Positions 47,448 to 57,654 of a DNA stretch of 64,000 nucleotides are shown here, in pieces. Source of the DNA: Nitrospirota bacterium (GTDB lineage: Bacteria; Nitrospirota; Thermodesulfovibrionia; Thermodesulfovibrionales; JdFR-88). The stretch's first letter is position 1, and every line of letters begins with the position of its first letter. Under the pieces are notes generated by a model. The model was given only the letters and a program-made list of their open reading frames with translations, made no database searches and was not told where the DNA came from. The stretch covers positions 28,853 through 92,852 of the forward strand of contig JAKAJM010000002.1 in NCBI GenBank assembly GCA_021813765.1, written 5' to 3'. Both the position numbers and the translations under genes were made by a program.

Positions 47448-49484
47448 TCAGGGATTGTCCGTTTTGGCGGCGATAAAAAAGTCCTTCGAGGCCTCCTCTC
47501 CGCCATATCTGTAATAGGTGGTTATTATACGCTTTATATAATTTTTTGTCTCCCCGTACGGTATATCTTCCACGAATTCATCGAACGACGAATAATTGCC
47601 CTGTGCCAGCCACTTCCTGACCACCGCCTCCCCTGCATTGTAGGCGGCCAGGGTAGGCGGGATCGCCTTGAAGTCGTTAAAGAGCTTGTCCAGATAAAAA
47701 GTGCCCAGCGCCACATTGGCGTTTATGCCGTATATGCTTTTTTTGTTCTTTATGGCGATGCGGAGGGGGACTGAGTATTTTTCCGCCGTTTTGGGCATCA
47801 GCTGCATAAGTCCTATGGCGCCTGCCCTGGAGCAGACCGTCGGGTCGAAGCTGCTTTCCTCCCTCATGACTGAAAGAACGAGGTAGGGGTCCATTCCGGT
47901 TTCCGAGCAGTCTTTTTTAACGCTTCCCCAGAAGGCGCGCGGGTACAGGACGTTTCTGGGCTGCATGTCTCCGGGAAGCCTCATCGCAACCGCGATGGCG
48001 CTCCTGAAAGCCCCGAGTTTTTTGAGCTGGTTGGCTATCCACACCAGGGTATCCCTGTCCATGCAGCCTCTTGCGGAATAGGACAGGTCTGAGAGGGCGG
48101 AGTTTTTCAGCCCAGCTATCATTAACACCGTGAACCTCTTGAACGCCGTGGAGTTTGTCAGCTTCCTTGCCGCCTGCTCCGGAAGCTCATCCTCTTTTAC
48201 GGGCATGCCCGTGCGCATGGAGGCAAGGACCGAATAATAGCCCTCATCCTCACTGACCAGCTTTTTGTAAATGTCCGAGGCTGATTTTTCGTTCGTGCTT
48301 CCCCCCAGTTCCTCAAGGCTTCTTGCGGTCCAGTAGAGATATTTGGGGTCATCGTAAAGGCTGCCCAGGTCCGAAAAAACGGCCTCCGCATCCTTGTAAT
48401 CCTTTTGCATGTAATAAAGCCACCCGGTCTCCCACATAGCGTACTCAGACACCCGCGGGTATTTTTCGCGGGCATCGTTAAGCTCCTTTATCGCCCCGGC
48501 AAAATTATTGTCTTTTCTCCTTTCGAGCGAAGCCAGATCCAGCATGAGATAGGAAGCCTTCCTGTCGCCAGCCCCCGAGAGCGCGTCTATCTCCTTTTTG
48601 AGGTCCTCCTCGTCATTTGCCCGGAAGTAAGACCTCGCCGCGTTATAGAGGTCGCCCGTCTGCTCATAGACGGCGGCAGCCTCGTTGTACCTTTTCTGCA
48701 TGAAAAGAGCCCTGCCAAGCAGTTCCATTTTTTCTTTGCTGTAAGCCGGGTCGTCAGGCAGCAGCAAAAGCTCATGCGCCGCCTCGTGCGGATGTGCCCG
48801 CCTGAGGAGGTTTCCCGCCCTTGCAAGCGTCTCCTCAGGGCTTGGCGACCCGCCAAGCTCCGCGAGGGCCTCCACGGAGAGGGCCCCGGCGCCATCGTAT
48901 ATCTTTTTTAAAAGGCCCCTTGCCTGGTGCGCCTTGCCTTTTTCCGTAAGGAGCTGCGCGAGTTTCAGCTCCAGGCCGTCATGGCCTGGATAGCGCTTTG
49001 TGAAGTCCTCAAGACGCTTTATGAGAGTGTCTTTGTCGCCCGCCATGCCTATGGCCATGAGCCTTGCCTTTTCAGCCAGGGGGCTCCTGGGATTATTTTT
49101 CAGCAGCTCATCCAGGCAGGCCGCGGCGCGCTCAGGTTCTTTAAGCTCCCAGTATGCCCTTGCCTCATAGAAGCATATGTAATCGCCAAGGAACGGCAGG
49201 CCAGCCCGGGACGCCCGGAACTCAGAAAGCGCCTGTCTGTCCCGGGCCTCCCGCATGAGGCTGACCGCCATTTTGAAGCGTGAAGCCGCTTTCAGGTTGA
49301 GCGCCTCCTTGCTACTGCCGACTTCTGCGGGAGCGGTGTACGGAAGGGGTTTTTTCAGTTTTTTTATGGGAGCTAAAGCAGGACTGTTAGTTAAAGCGGC
49401 CGTCCCGGAAGCTGCGGCCAGGCGCGCCATTGCAACCGGTATGATGAAAAACAGGATTAAGACCAAATAAAGCAGCTTTTTCAT
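47448..49484 (-). CDS. soluble lytic murein transglycosylase (Slt70-like)
   Basis: A signal peptide, a long TPR-like superhelical region and a C-terminal SLT domain (...REESSFDP...GLMQLMPKTA...AAYNAGEAVV...). Confidence 0.9.
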   Translation of the reverse strand: MKKLLYLVLILFFIIPVAMARLAAASGTAALTNSPALAPIKKLKKPLPYTAPAEVGSSKEALNLKAASRFKMAVSLMREARDRQALSEFRASRAGLPFLGDYICFYEARAYWELKEPERAAACLDELLKNNPRSPLAEKARLMAIGMAGDKDTLIKRLEDFTKRYPGHDGLELKLAQLLTEKGKAHQARGLLKKIYDGAGALSVEALAELGGSPSPEETLARAGNLLRRAHPHEAAHELLLLPDDPAYSKEKMELLGRALFMQKRYNEAAAVYEQTGDLYNAARSYFRANDEEDLKKEIDALSGAGDRKASYLMLDLASLERRKDNNFAGAIKELNDAREKYPRVSEYAMWETGWLYYMQKDYKDAEAVFSDLGSLYDDPKYLYWTARSLEELGGSTNEKSASDIYKKLVSEDEGYYSVLASMRTGMPVKEDELPEQAARKLTNSTAFKRFTVLMIAGLKNSALSDLSYSARGCMDRDTLVWIANQLKKLGAFRSAIAVAMRLPGDMQPRNVLYPRAFWGSVKKDCSETGMDPYLVLSVMREESSFDPTVCSRAGAIGLMQLMPKTAEKYSVPLRIAIKNKKSIYGINANVALGTFYLDKLFNDFKAIPPTLAAYNAGEAVVRKWLAQGNYSSFDEFVEDIPYGETKNYIKRIITTYYRYGGEEASKDFFIAAKTDNP

Positions 49485-49636
49485 GCCTGAATTCTGTCCC
49501 AGATATCATATCTAAAACATCTTTTTTAAGGCAATATCTTTTTTTAAGGGAAGCGCTGCGCAAGCAATACGTGTTTTATTTTCCGTTTTTCATGAGGCTT
49601 TTGAGCTTTGCTCTGGAACGATGTGGCGGACAGAAA

Positions 49637-49708
49637 AGGCGGCGAGCGGATTCGAACCGCTGCATCGAGGTTTTGCAGACCTCTCCCTTACCACTTGGGT
49701 ACGCCGCC
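49637..49708 (-). tRNA. tRNA-Cys (anticodon GCA)
   Basis: Hand-folded structure: acceptor GGCGGCG/CGCCGCC, D stem CCC/GGG, anticodon stem GAGGU/ACCUC with loop CUGCAAA, T arm AGCGG-UUCGAAU-CCGCU. The discriminator is U73, the tRNA-Cys identity base. CCA is not encoded. Confidence 0.9.
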
Positions 49709-49783
49709 GGGAGCTTTTCTTCTTTGTGCTCGAATTCCAGAAATTTTTTAGACCCTGAACGGACGGCAGGGGCATAATATATA

Positions 49784-49859
49784 TGGAGCGGGCGACGGGA
49801 TTCGAACCCGCGACCCCAACCTTGGCAAGGTTGTGCTCTACCAGCTGAGCTACACCCGC
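49784..49859 (-). tRNA. tRNA-Gly (anticodon GCC), CCA encoded
   Basis: GCGGGUG-UA-GCUCAGCUGGUAGAGC-A-CAACC-UUGCCAA-GGUUG-GGGUC-GCGGG-UUCGAAU-CCCGU-CGCCCGC-U-CCA. Confidence 0.92.
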
Positions 49860-49995
49860 ATCTGCGACCTTTGTGCGTCTTTGCCCCTGTCTCCGGCGGG
49901 CTGGAAGCTATATTATTTACAATCCGGAACAAAAAATCAAGGAACAATTAAAACGGCGGAGGGATGCGCAGGAGGCCGCTTGGATTCGGAGAGGA

Positions 49996-50529
49996 TCAAT
50001 ATGTTTCGAAATGTATCTTTGCCCTGTCAAAAAAAACGGACGCATCGTGCGGGGGCTGGGCCTTTTCCGGATACCCTACCGGCATCATGCACTGGATGCG
50101 GAATCTGCCTGGCAGGCCGAGCTCTTTTTTAATAAGCCCCTCCGGGCTTTCCCCCTGTTTCCCGGCCCCGGGGCCGGGAAGCGCGTCCGCCACCTGCACA
50201 AAGCATGTGCCAAGCCCCTGGTTTACGGCTTCAAGATAGATATGGGCCGCGCTGATGGAGCAGTCCTCCCTGAAGCGTCTGCCTTTTTCCGTGTCGTAGC
50301 AGACTACTATAACGACGGGGGCCTTTTTTGCAAAGCCGGAATAAGGGGTCATCCCGGAAAGCTGCGTTATCATGTGTTTGTCCTTCACCACTATGAACTC
50401 GACCGGCCTCAAGTCCTTTGCGGTCGGGGCGAACATGGCAGCCATGAGGACCTCTTCCAGCTTTTCCGGCTCGATGTCCCGCTGCTCAAATGACCTGTGG
50501 CTGCGCCTTATCCTTATGGCCTCAAGCAT
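49996..50529 (-). CDS. nitroreductase family protein
   Basis: MLEAIRIRRSHRSF...APTAKDLRP...GLGTCFV.... Confidence 0.8.
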   Translation of the reverse strand: MLEAIRIRRSHRSFEQRDIEPEKLEEVLMAAMFAPTAKDLRPVEFIVVKDKHMITQLSGMTPYSGFAKKAPVVIVVCYDTEKGRRFREDCSISAAHIYLEAVNQGLGTCFVQVADALPGPGAGKQGESPEGLIKKELGLPGRFRIQCMMPVGYPEKAQPPHDASVFFDRAKIHFETY

Positions 50530-50595
50530 AAAGAGATTTTACCTCATTATTTGGCGCGGTTTCAAAGAGGGCGGATGACAAGCCGGTGTTTTCGC

Positions 50596-50624
50596 TTGAC
50601 TCCGCCTGGCAAAGCTGTTATAAA
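50596..50624 (+). promoter_or_regulatory. candidate sigma-70 promoter of the trp leader/trpEGD
   Basis: TTGACT - 17 nt (ccgcctggcaaagctgt) - TATAAA. Confidence 0.5.
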
Positions 50625-50770
50625 TAATTCATGTTTTATATCATGCTCACTGGTCAGGGTTTTTTTGTTTTTGGTAACGGGCGTTCGCTCAGGGGTTGGC
50701 GTCTCCAGAGACCGCGGCCAGGGAGGTTTTTCTTTTTCGAGTAGCGTTTGATCTTCAGGAAAAAACTTCG

Positions 50771-50812
50771 GGCCACGGGGAAGTGAAAAGTTCTTCCCCG
50801 TGGCCTTTTTAT
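50771..50812 (+). terminator. intrinsic terminator inside the trpE 5' leader (candidate attenuator)
   Basis: A perfect 13-bp stem GGCCACGGGGAAG/CTTCCCCGTGGCC with a 9-nt loop is followed by TTTTTATTTCTT. It ends about 85 nt upstream of the trpE ATG and about 180 nt downstream of the candidate promoter. Confidence 0.7.
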
Positions 50813-50896
50813 TTCTTGAAAAAACAAAGACTTCGGCTCCGGATATGGGATATAATCCAACTTCGGGGCCTTTAATAGACAGGGGAACATAAAAAT

Positions 50897-52507
50897 ATGG
50901 AAATGCAGAGGATTTCGGATGCTGGAGTGACACCAGGCGGGCTGGAGTTTGCGGAGCTTGCCAAAAAGGGCAACCTGGTGCCGGTTTACAGGGAGGTCTT
51001 TGCGGACACCATAACGCCTGTTTCCGCCTTCCTGCGGCTTGGCGAACGGCCATCATACCTTCTTGAAAGCGTGGTGGGCGGGGAGAAATGGGCAAGGTAT
51101 TCATTCCTGGGCCTCTCGCCCAAGACAATGATCAGGGCATGGGGCGACAGGATGGAGATAAGCGGGCAGGGGGGCGATGTACGGACGTTTGAGGCCTCCG
51201 ACCCTCTTGAGAAGGTCCGGGAATTCCTTGGCGCCTTCAGGCCCGCCCTGCCCGAAGGTTCCACTTTGCCAAGGTTTTATGGCGGTTTTGTTGGGTACCT
51301 TGGCTATGACATGGTAAGGTTCATGGAAGAGCTGCCCGGAAAGGGCAGGCCGGGCCTGGACATGCCGGACCTGTTTTTAATGCTGACCGGCGCCATCCTT
51401 ATATTCGACAACCTCAGGCAGAAGGTAAAGATAGTCGTAAACGTCCATCTCCCTGAAGACGGAAGTCCTGAAGAGGCATATGAGGGGGCGGTGAAAAAAA
51501 TAGACTCCATCGCCTCCAGGCTTGTCTCCGGAAAGCCGGCCGGGGACATGGTGCGCATGGAGGGGGACCTGGGACTGTCCGGTGCGGCCGGGGCCGGGGG
51601 CGCACAGGCTTCCTTCGTATCCTCTTTTGGCGCCAGGGAGGAGTTCATGCATGCGGTGGACCAGGCAAAGCAGTACGTCATGGCGGGTGACGTGGTGCAG
51701 GTGGTCCTCTCCCAGCGCTTCCAGAAGGCAACCCCGGCCCATCCGTTCAGCGTATACAGGGCCTTAAGGGCCATAAACCCCTCTCCGTACATGTATTACA
51801 TAGACACGGGGGACGCACACATCGTGGGCTCCTCGCCGGAGATACTTGTGAGGCTTGAGGAAGACAGGGTCACCTTAAGGCCGATAGCCGGCACAAGGAA
51901 GAGAGGGAAAACCCCGGAGGAGGACCAGGCGCTTGAAAAAGAGCTCCTGGCCGACAGAAAGGAGATAGCCGAGCATATAATGCTCGTGGACCTGGGCAGA
52001 AACGATGTGGGGAGGGTGTCGGAGACCGGCACTGTGAAGGTGCCGGAGCTCATGGTGGTGGAACGTTACAGCCACGTGATGCACATCGTCTCCAATGTGG
52101 AGGGCAGGCTAAGGGAAGGGCTTGGCCCCTTCGATGTGCTACGGGCGTGTTTTCCCGCAGGCACGGTAAGCGGCGCTCCCAAGGTGCGGGCCATGGAGAT
52201 AATCGATGAGCTTGAGCCTGTGAAACGCGGCCCCTATGCCGGGGCGGTCGGCTATCTGGGTTATTCCGGCAATATGGATACCTGTATAACCATAAGAACG
52301 CTTATAATGAAAGAAGGGATGGTGTATGTCCAGGCCGGGGCGGGCATCGTTGCGGATTCAGTGCCGGAGTTCGAATACGCCGAGACGGTCAACAAGGCCA
52401 AAGCGATGATGGAGGCCGTGGATATGGCCGAAAGGGTTTTTGGCTTTTCCGGTGAAGGTCCGGCGCAGGAGGACAAAAAAACCGTCAGGAAGGGCGGTAA
52501 AATATAA
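50897..52507 (+). CDS. trpE: anthranilate synthase component I
   Basis: ...[19 protein letters not shown]...LLESV...GYLGYD...GTRKRG...MLVDLGRND...[15 protein letters not shown]...[10 protein letters not shown]... Confidence 0.95.
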   Translation: MEMQRISDAGVTPGGLEFAELAKKGNLVPVYREVFADTITPVSAFLRLGERPSYLLESVVGGEKWARYSFLGLSPKTMIRAWGDRMEISGQGGDVRTFEASDPLEKVREFLGAFRPALPEGSTLPRFYGGFVGYLGYDMVRFMEELPGKGRPGLDMPDLFLMLTGAILIFDNLRQKVKIVVNVHLPEDGSPEEAYEGAVKKIDSIASRLVSGKPAGDMVRMEGDLGLSGAAGAGGAQASFVSSFGAREEFMHAVDQAKQYVMAGDVVQVVLSQRFQKATPAHPFSVYRALRAINPSPYMYYIDTGDAHIVGSSPEILVRLEEDRVTLRPIAGTRKRGKTPEEDQALEKELLADRKEIAEHIMLVDLGRNDVGRVSETGTVKVPELMVVERYSHVMHIVSNVEGRLREGLGPFDVLRACFPAGTVSGAPKVRAMEIIDELEPVKRGPYAGAVGYLGYSGNMDTCITIRTLIMKEGMVYVQAGAGIVADSVPEFEYAETVNKAKAMMEAVDMAERVFGFSGEGPAQEDKKTVRKGGKI

Positions 52508-52509
52508 AA

Positions 52510-53088
52510 ATGCTGCTGATGATAGACAATTACGATTCCTTCACGTATAACCTGGTACAGTACCTTGGCGAGCTTGGTGAGGACGTGAGGGTTTACAGGA
52601 ACGACAAGATAACCGTCGGTCAGATAAGGGAGATGGCGCCGGACAGGATAGTGATATCTCCCGGGCCCTGCACGCCCAGGGAGGCCGGGGTCTCCGTGGA
52701 CACGATACGGGAGTTCGCGGGTAATATCCCCATCCTGGGGGTCTGTCTGGGGCACCAGTCCATAGGGGCGGCCTTCGGCGGGGAGATAATCAGGGCGCAG
52801 GTGCTGATGCACGGCAAGACCTCTTTTGTCCATCACAACGGAAAGGGGCTGTTCAGGGGAATACCCAGCCCGTTTGAGGCCACCAGGTACCATTCCCTCA
52901 TAATAAGGAGGGAGTCCTTGCCGGATTGCCTGGAGATCACCGCCTGGACCGATGCTGGGGAGATAATGGGCGTGCGGCACCGCGAATTCCAGGTGGAGGG
53001 CGTGCAGTTTCATCCGGAGTCCATTCTTACCGCCAGGGGGAAGGACCTGCTTGCTAACTTTCTAAAAAAGGATCGGGGGCTATCCTGA
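52510..53088 (+). CDS. trpG: anthranilate synthase component II (glutamine amidotransferase)
   Basis: [19 protein letters not shown]...ISPGPC...LGVCLGHQ...RYHSL...GVQFHPES. Confidence 0.95.
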   Translation: MLLMIDNYDSFTYNLVQYLGELGEDVRVYRNDKITVGQIREMAPDRIVISPGPCTPREAGVSVDTIREFAGNIPILGVCLGHQSIGAAFGGEIIRAQVLMHGKTSFVHHNGKGLFRGIPSPFEATRYHSLIIRRESLPDCLEITAWTDAGEIMGVRHREFQVEGVQFHPESILTARGKDLLANFLKKDRGLS

Positions 53089-54098
53089 TGATTAAAGAAG
53101 CCTTGAGCATGCTTACTACGAATGTGCATTTAAGCGAAGCCGAGATGGCCGAGTGCGTGGACGAGATAATGGAAGGCAAGGCAACGCCCGCGCAGATAGG
53201 GGCTTTCCTTACCGCGCTCAGGATGAAGGGCGAAACGGTCGAGGAGATAACCGGAGCGGCCATGGCCATGAGGAAGAGGGCCATAAGCATTAGGTCGCCC
53301 CGCGGCACGCTGGACACCTGCGGCACCGGGGGGGACATGTCCCGCTCCTTTAACGTATCAACGATATCGGCGATAGTCGTGAGCGCCTGCGGCGTGCCCG
53401 TGGCAAAGCACGGCAACCGTTCGGTCTCAAGTGCAACGGGTAGCGCGGACGTGCTGGAGGCGCTGGGGGTGAAGATAGACCTTTCCCCTGAAAAGGTGGA
53501 AAAATGCCTTTTTGAGACCGGGTTCGGCTTTCTCTTCGCGCCGCTGTTCCATCCGGCCATGAAATACGCCGTCCTGCCAAGGAAGGAGATAGGCATAAGG
53601 ACCATATTCAACATACTGGGCCCGCTCACCAACCCGGCAGGCGCGAGGCGGCAGGTAATGGGCGTCTTCACGGACAAGCTCACCAATCCTCTTGCCCGTG
53701 TGCTTGGCCTGCTCGGGGCCGAGGACGCCATGGTGGTGCACGGCGAGGACGGCCTGGACGAGATAACCGTGTGCGACGGCACGGTGGTCTCCCGCTATAC
53801 AAACAACAACGTGGAGGACTTCATAATCTCCCCCGAGGACTTTGGCCTGCAAAGAGCGGAGCTTAAGGACATACAGGGGGGCGACAGGGACAAAAACGCT
53901 GCCATTGCCCTTTCCGTGCTCAGGAGCGAGCCTGGCCCGAGACGCGACATCGTGCTCATGAACTCGGCTGCCGCTCTCCTGGTTGCAAGCGCGGCCACCA
54001 GCCTTGCCGAGGGTTTTGAGATGGCAGCGGAGGCGGTGGATTCCGGAAAGGCGCTCAGGAAGCTTGAGCAGATAAAAGAGATGTCCCACCGGATATAG
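53088..54098 (+). CDS. trpD: anthranilate phosphoribosyltransferase
   Basis: ...AQIGAFLTALRMKGET...LDTCGTGGD...FNVST...AKHGNRSVSS..GSADVLEALG.... Confidence 0.95.
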   Translation: MIKEALSMLTTNVHLSEAEMAECVDEIMEGKATPAQIGAFLTALRMKGETVEEITGAAMAMRKRAISIRSPRGTLDTCGTGGDMSRSFNVSTISAIVVSACGVPVAKHGNRSVSSATGSADVLEALGVKIDLSPEKVEKCLFETGFGFLFAPLFHPAMKYAVLPRKEIGIRTIFNILGPLTNPAGARRQVMGVFTDKLTNPLARVLGLLGAEDAMVVHGEDGLDEITVCDGTVVSRYTNNNVEDFIISPEDFGLQRAELKDIQGGDRDKNAAIALSVLRSEPGPRRDIVLMNSAAALLVASAATSLAEGFEMAAEAVDSGKALRKLEQIKEMSHRI

Positions 54099-54162
54099 TC
54101 CGTGAAGAAAGGGAAAAATTTTTTGGCAGGATATTTTATTTTTTGAAAACAGGGAAATTTAA

Positions 54163-54828
54163 TTGATAGAGACTAAAGGGCTTCAAAAGACGTTTAGGCA
54201 TCCGGCGGGAGAGCTCAATGTCCTCAAAGGGATAGACCTTGCCATAAAAGACGGCGAGATGATCGCCCTTGTGGGCGCCTCCGGCGTGGGTAAGAGCACG
54301 CTGCTTCATATCCTTGGAACGCTGGACAGGCCTACTTCCGGGCAGGTGCTCCACGACGGCACCGACGTGTTCAGCCTTCCGGAGAAGGCCATAACGGAAT
54401 TCAGGAACAGGAAGGTGGGGTTTGTTTTCCAGTTCCACCATCTTCTGCCGGAGTTCACCGCCCTTGAAAACGTGATGATGCCCGGACTCCTTGCCGGGAA
54501 GGAAGACCGTGAGGCGCTCAAAGAACGCGCCCATGCGCTTCTTGTGGAGCTCGGCCTGAAGGGACGGGTGCATCACAGGCCGGGGGAGCTTTCCGGGGGG
54601 GAGCAGCAGCGGGTGGCAATTGCAAGGGCGCTTTTCCCTGCTCCCGCCGTTGTCCTTGCCGATGAGCCCACCGGCAACCTGGACGCCAGGACCGGACAGG
54701 AGCTCTTCGACCTTCTTTTCAGGCTGAATGCCGGCAAAGGCATCACCTTTGTCATAGCCACGCACGACAGGGAGCTGTCGGGCAGGTGCAAAAGGGTCAT
54801 CTCCCTGTCGGACGGCAAGATCGTCTGA
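54163..54828 (+). CDS. ABC transporter ATP-binding protein, LolD/MacB-type
   Basis: [34 protein letters not shown]; TTG start according to the track. No adjacent permease on this strand. Confidence 0.85.
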   Translation: MIETKGLQKTFRHPAGELNVLKGIDLAIKDGEMIALVGASGVGKSTLLHILGTLDRPTSGQVLHDGTDVFSLPEKAITEFRNRKVGFVFQFHHLLPEFTALENVMMPGLLAGKEDREALKERAHALLVELGLKGRVHHRPGELSGGEQQRVAIARALFPAPAVVLADEPTGNLDARTGQELFDLLFRLNAGKGITFVIATHDRELSGRCKRVISLSDGKIV

Positions 54829-54848
54829 GGTAAAAAAAGGCTCCCGGG

Positions 54849-55562
54849 TCAGGCCCCGCCTGCGGAGGCGGCCATGCCAGCCTCCGCAGAGATATCGCTC
54901 AGTTGCCCCGCATGCATCCTGAACCTTCTGCCGGCCTTTTCCGCAAGGCCCCGGTCGTGCGTAACCAGGACAAATGTAATCCCCATGTCCCGGTTTATCC
55001 TGCCAAAAAATTCCATCACCTCAGCCTCGGTCTCCTCGTCGAGGTCGCCGGTGGGCTCGTCGGCCAGAAGCAGCTCCGGCCTGTTCATGATGGCCCTCGC
55101 TATTGCCACCCTGCGGCGCTGTCCGCCCGAAAGCTGGAACGGGCGCGAATTCACCTTGTCCGAAAGGCCCACAAGCTCAAGATACTCCATGGCCCGCTTC
55201 TCCCTGCCGCCGCTTCGGTCCTTGGAGAAGATCGTTGGCAGCAGAAGGTTCTCCTTGGCGGTCAGAACGGGCACAAGCGAGGAGAACTGGAAAACGAACC
55301 CTATCTTGGACGCCCTGTAGTCCGCCAGTCCGTCTTCGCCCATGCTGTACACGTCCTGTCCGTCCACAAGGACGCGGCCGGCGGTGGGGTTCAGCACGCC
55401 TCCAAGGATCGAAAGCAGGGTCGTCTTGCCGGAGCCGGAGTGCCCCATGATGGATATGAAGTCCCCCTTTTCCAGGGCGAGGTTGGCGTCCCTGACCGCC
55501 GTGAACTCGGAGTCTCCTATCTTGAAGACCTTGCTCATGTGCTCGATAACGGCCTGTGGCAT
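54849..55562 (-). CDS. ABC transporter ATP-binding protein (MacB/FtsE-type)
   Basis: GHSGSGKTT, LSGGQRRRVAIARAI, LADEPTGDLD. Confidence 0.9.
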   Translation of the reverse strand: MPQAVIEHMSKVFKIGDSEFTAVRDANLALEKGDFISIMGHSGSGKTTLLSILGGVLNPTAGRVLVDGQDVYSMGEDGLADYRASKIGFVFQFSSLVPVLTAKENLLLPTIFSKDRSGGREKRAMEYLELVGLSDKVNSRPFQLSGGQRRRVAIARAIMNRPELLLADEPTGDLDEETEAEVMEFFGRINRDMGITFVLVTHDRGLAEKAGRRFRMHAGQLSDISAEAGMAASAGGA

Positions 55563-55576
55563 CTCTGTATTTCCTC

Positions 55577-56263
55577 CTATGCGCCGGATTCTCCCCCGGC
55601 GCTCTTTATGCCCGATTTCATTTTTTTCATGAGGTCATCGGCCAGCCCCTGGTTGAATTTCACGAGCGCCTCATACTGCTTCATCGCGGCCTTTCTGTCT
55701 CCACTCCGCAGGTATGCGTAACCCAGGTTGTATATGGCGGTGGCGTAGTGCGGGCGCAGTTTTATGGCCTTTTTGAGGGCGGCCAGTTCACCTCTGCGGT
55801 CGCCCGTCCGTCCATAGGCCGCTCCAAGGTTGTTGTAGGCCACGGCATACGAAGGCATATACCTTACAGCCTTCCTGTAGGCCGCCACGGCTTTCCGCGG
55901 CTTGTTGCAGGCGTCGTAAGACATGCCCATCTTCAAATAGGTGTAGCCGTCTGGTTTCAGGCGGGCGGCCCTGCCGTAGGCCCGGGCGGCCTTGCCAAAC
56001 AGGTTGTTCTCGTAATAGAGGTCCGCCATGTCGTACCACGCACCCGCGTCGCCAGGTTTTTCCTGAAGGCGCTTTTTAAGGAGCAGGAACCTGCTCTGGC
56101 CCTGGTCCTCTATGACTGTCCCGGTCTTCTGCTGCGGCCCTTTTTTTTCGCAGGAAAAAAGCGCGGGCATCACGCAGGCAAGCAGCAGGACAAGGGCTGC
56201 CGCGGCGTACCCGGCAAAAAAGGGAGCGTTCTTTTGTCTCATGTTTTTTTCCCTCTCATTCAC
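55577..56263 (-). CDS. TPR-repeat protein, probable lipoprotein
   Basis: A signal segment ends ...LLLACVMPALFSCEKK (lipobox-like LFSC). It is followed by about 5 TPR units (AWYDMADLYYENNLFGKAARAYGRAARL..., AYNNLGAAYGRTGD...). Confidence 0.8.
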   Translation of the reverse strand: MNEREKNMRQKNAPFFAGYAAAALVLLLACVMPALFSCEKKGPQQKTGTVIEDQGQSRFLLLKKRLQEKPGDAGAWYDMADLYYENNLFGKAARAYGRAARLKPDGYTYLKMGMSYDACNKPRKAVAAYRKAVRYMPSYAVAYNNLGAAYGRTGDRRGELAALKKAIKLRPHYATAIYNLGYAYLRSGDRKAAMKQYEALVKFNQGLADDLMKKMKSGIKSAGGESGA

Positions 56264-57458
56264 CTTTTCTTACCGCTTCATACGGCTCCATCCTGCTTGC
56301 CATCGCCGCCGGTATCAGGGAGGAAAGCATCCCCGTGAGCAAGGAAAAGACCACCGCGCCCGCCACAAGCTCCGCCAGGGTGGATGCCCGCGGCAGCAGG
56401 TAAGGCAGCCTCATGCTGTGGAGCAAAAGGCCCTTGAAAAAATAAAGGAGCGCAGAGCCCGTTACCAGGCCAAGCATGCCTCCGGGCAGGGAGATCCAGA
56501 TGGCCTCGTTCATTATGAGGCCGAATATGTGCCGCCTTTTGGCCCCCATTGCCATCATAAGCCCAAGCTCCCTCTGCCTCTCATTAACTATCATATAGAA
56601 GGCGAAGCCCATCATGAGCAGCGCCAGCACCCATATGATGAAGCTGGCCGCGACGATCCCCTTAAGGAGGCCCGCCAGCTGCTTGCGGACAGTGCTTATC
56701 ACCTTGTCCGAAGCGATGGCCTTCACGCCGGGGATGGCGTTTTCTATCTTTATGGACACCCTGTCCGGGCTGTATCCTTCCTCGTCTTTCACCAGGACGG
56801 CGGATATCTGGTTTCTGTTTATGGAGATGGGCTGCATGGCCCTCTCTTTTGACTGAGCGGCCATGTTGTATGCCGCGTCCATGGTCATGAAAACGGACCT
56901 GTCAAAAAAATTCATGCCGGTCGACTCCATCGTCCCCATGACCTTGAACGAGGTGCCGTAAAAAGGGATGGTGTCCCCCACGGCCACAGGCACCAGGCGC
57001 CCGACGATTATCTCGTTTCCCGTAAGCGGCTTGCCAAGGTGGTTTGCAAGCCACGGAGCCACCGTGAAATCATTTTTTGGATTGAAGGCGACAAGAAAGG
57101 TGTTGACATTGAAGCAGCAGCTGAAGCTGGCAGGCTTTATGAAAAGCTGCGCGGAGGCGCTCTTTACGCCTTCCACTTTCCTGACCTCGCCCAATACCGC
57201 CCTGCTCATGTAAAAACTCTCCGGCTTGCCCGAAAGCAGTGCCGAGCGGGCCTGGCTCTCGTATTTCTCCGGCACGACGAGCACGTCCGCGCCGAGCCTG
57301 TACGTGCCTATCCTCAAGGCGTTTCTCATGCTGGAGATGAAAAGCGTGGCTGAAAAGATGGTGCCCGTCACAACTGTTACGGCAAGCAGCAGAAGGATGC
57401 TCCTTATGACTTTTCTTCTTATGTTCTTGATGGCAACGGAAACAATGTTCAGTCCCAA
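56256..57458 (-). CDS. ABC transporter permease, FtsX/MacB-like (periplasmic core domain + FtsX domain)
   Basis: 400 aa with an N-terminal TM segment, a periplasmic domain of about 220 aa, and three C-terminal TM segments including ...ERQRELGLMMAMGAKRRHIF.... Confidence 0.85.
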   Translation of the reverse strand: MGLNIVSVAIKNIRRKVIRSILLLLAVTVVTGTIFSATLFISSMRNALRIGTYRLGADVLVVPEKYESQARSALLSGKPESFYMSRAVLGEVRKVEGVKSASAQLFIKPASFSCCFNVNTFLVAFNPKNDFTVAPWLANHLGKPLTGNEIIVGRLVPVAVGDTIPFYGTSFKVMGTMESTGMNFFDRSVFMTMDAAYNMAAQSKERAMQPISINRNQISAVLVKDEEGYSPDRVSIKIENAIPGVKAIASDKVISTVRKQLAGLLKGIVAASFIIWVLALLMMGFAFYMIVNERQRELGLMMAMGAKRRHIFGLIMNEAIWISLPGGMLGLVTGSALLYFFKGLLLHSMRLPYLLPRASTLAELVAGAVVFSLLTGMLSSLIPAAMASRMEPYEAVRKGE

Positions 57459-57654
57459 AACGTTTTCCCCCGGTGAGGCTCTTTTTTGATTTTCGGTCTA
57501 CAAAAAAGCCATGGGATGCCGGCTTTTAAAAACGGCGGCAACGTGCCTCTTTCCTTTTAAAAAGCGGGGGCGGATTTTTTATTTTTTATTTTCGTTGTTT
57601 TTCCGCCCCCTTGCCTTTGCCTGTCAGTTTTTTTTGTTTTTTTCTTGCTCCGGC

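Noticed and set aside
50700-50725. T-box riboswitch in the trpE leader.
   Set aside because: Only ACCGCGG matches the 14-nt T-box core. I found no Specifier-loop architecture with a UGG codon and no Stem I features. The leader is kept as an unexplained attenuator candidate.
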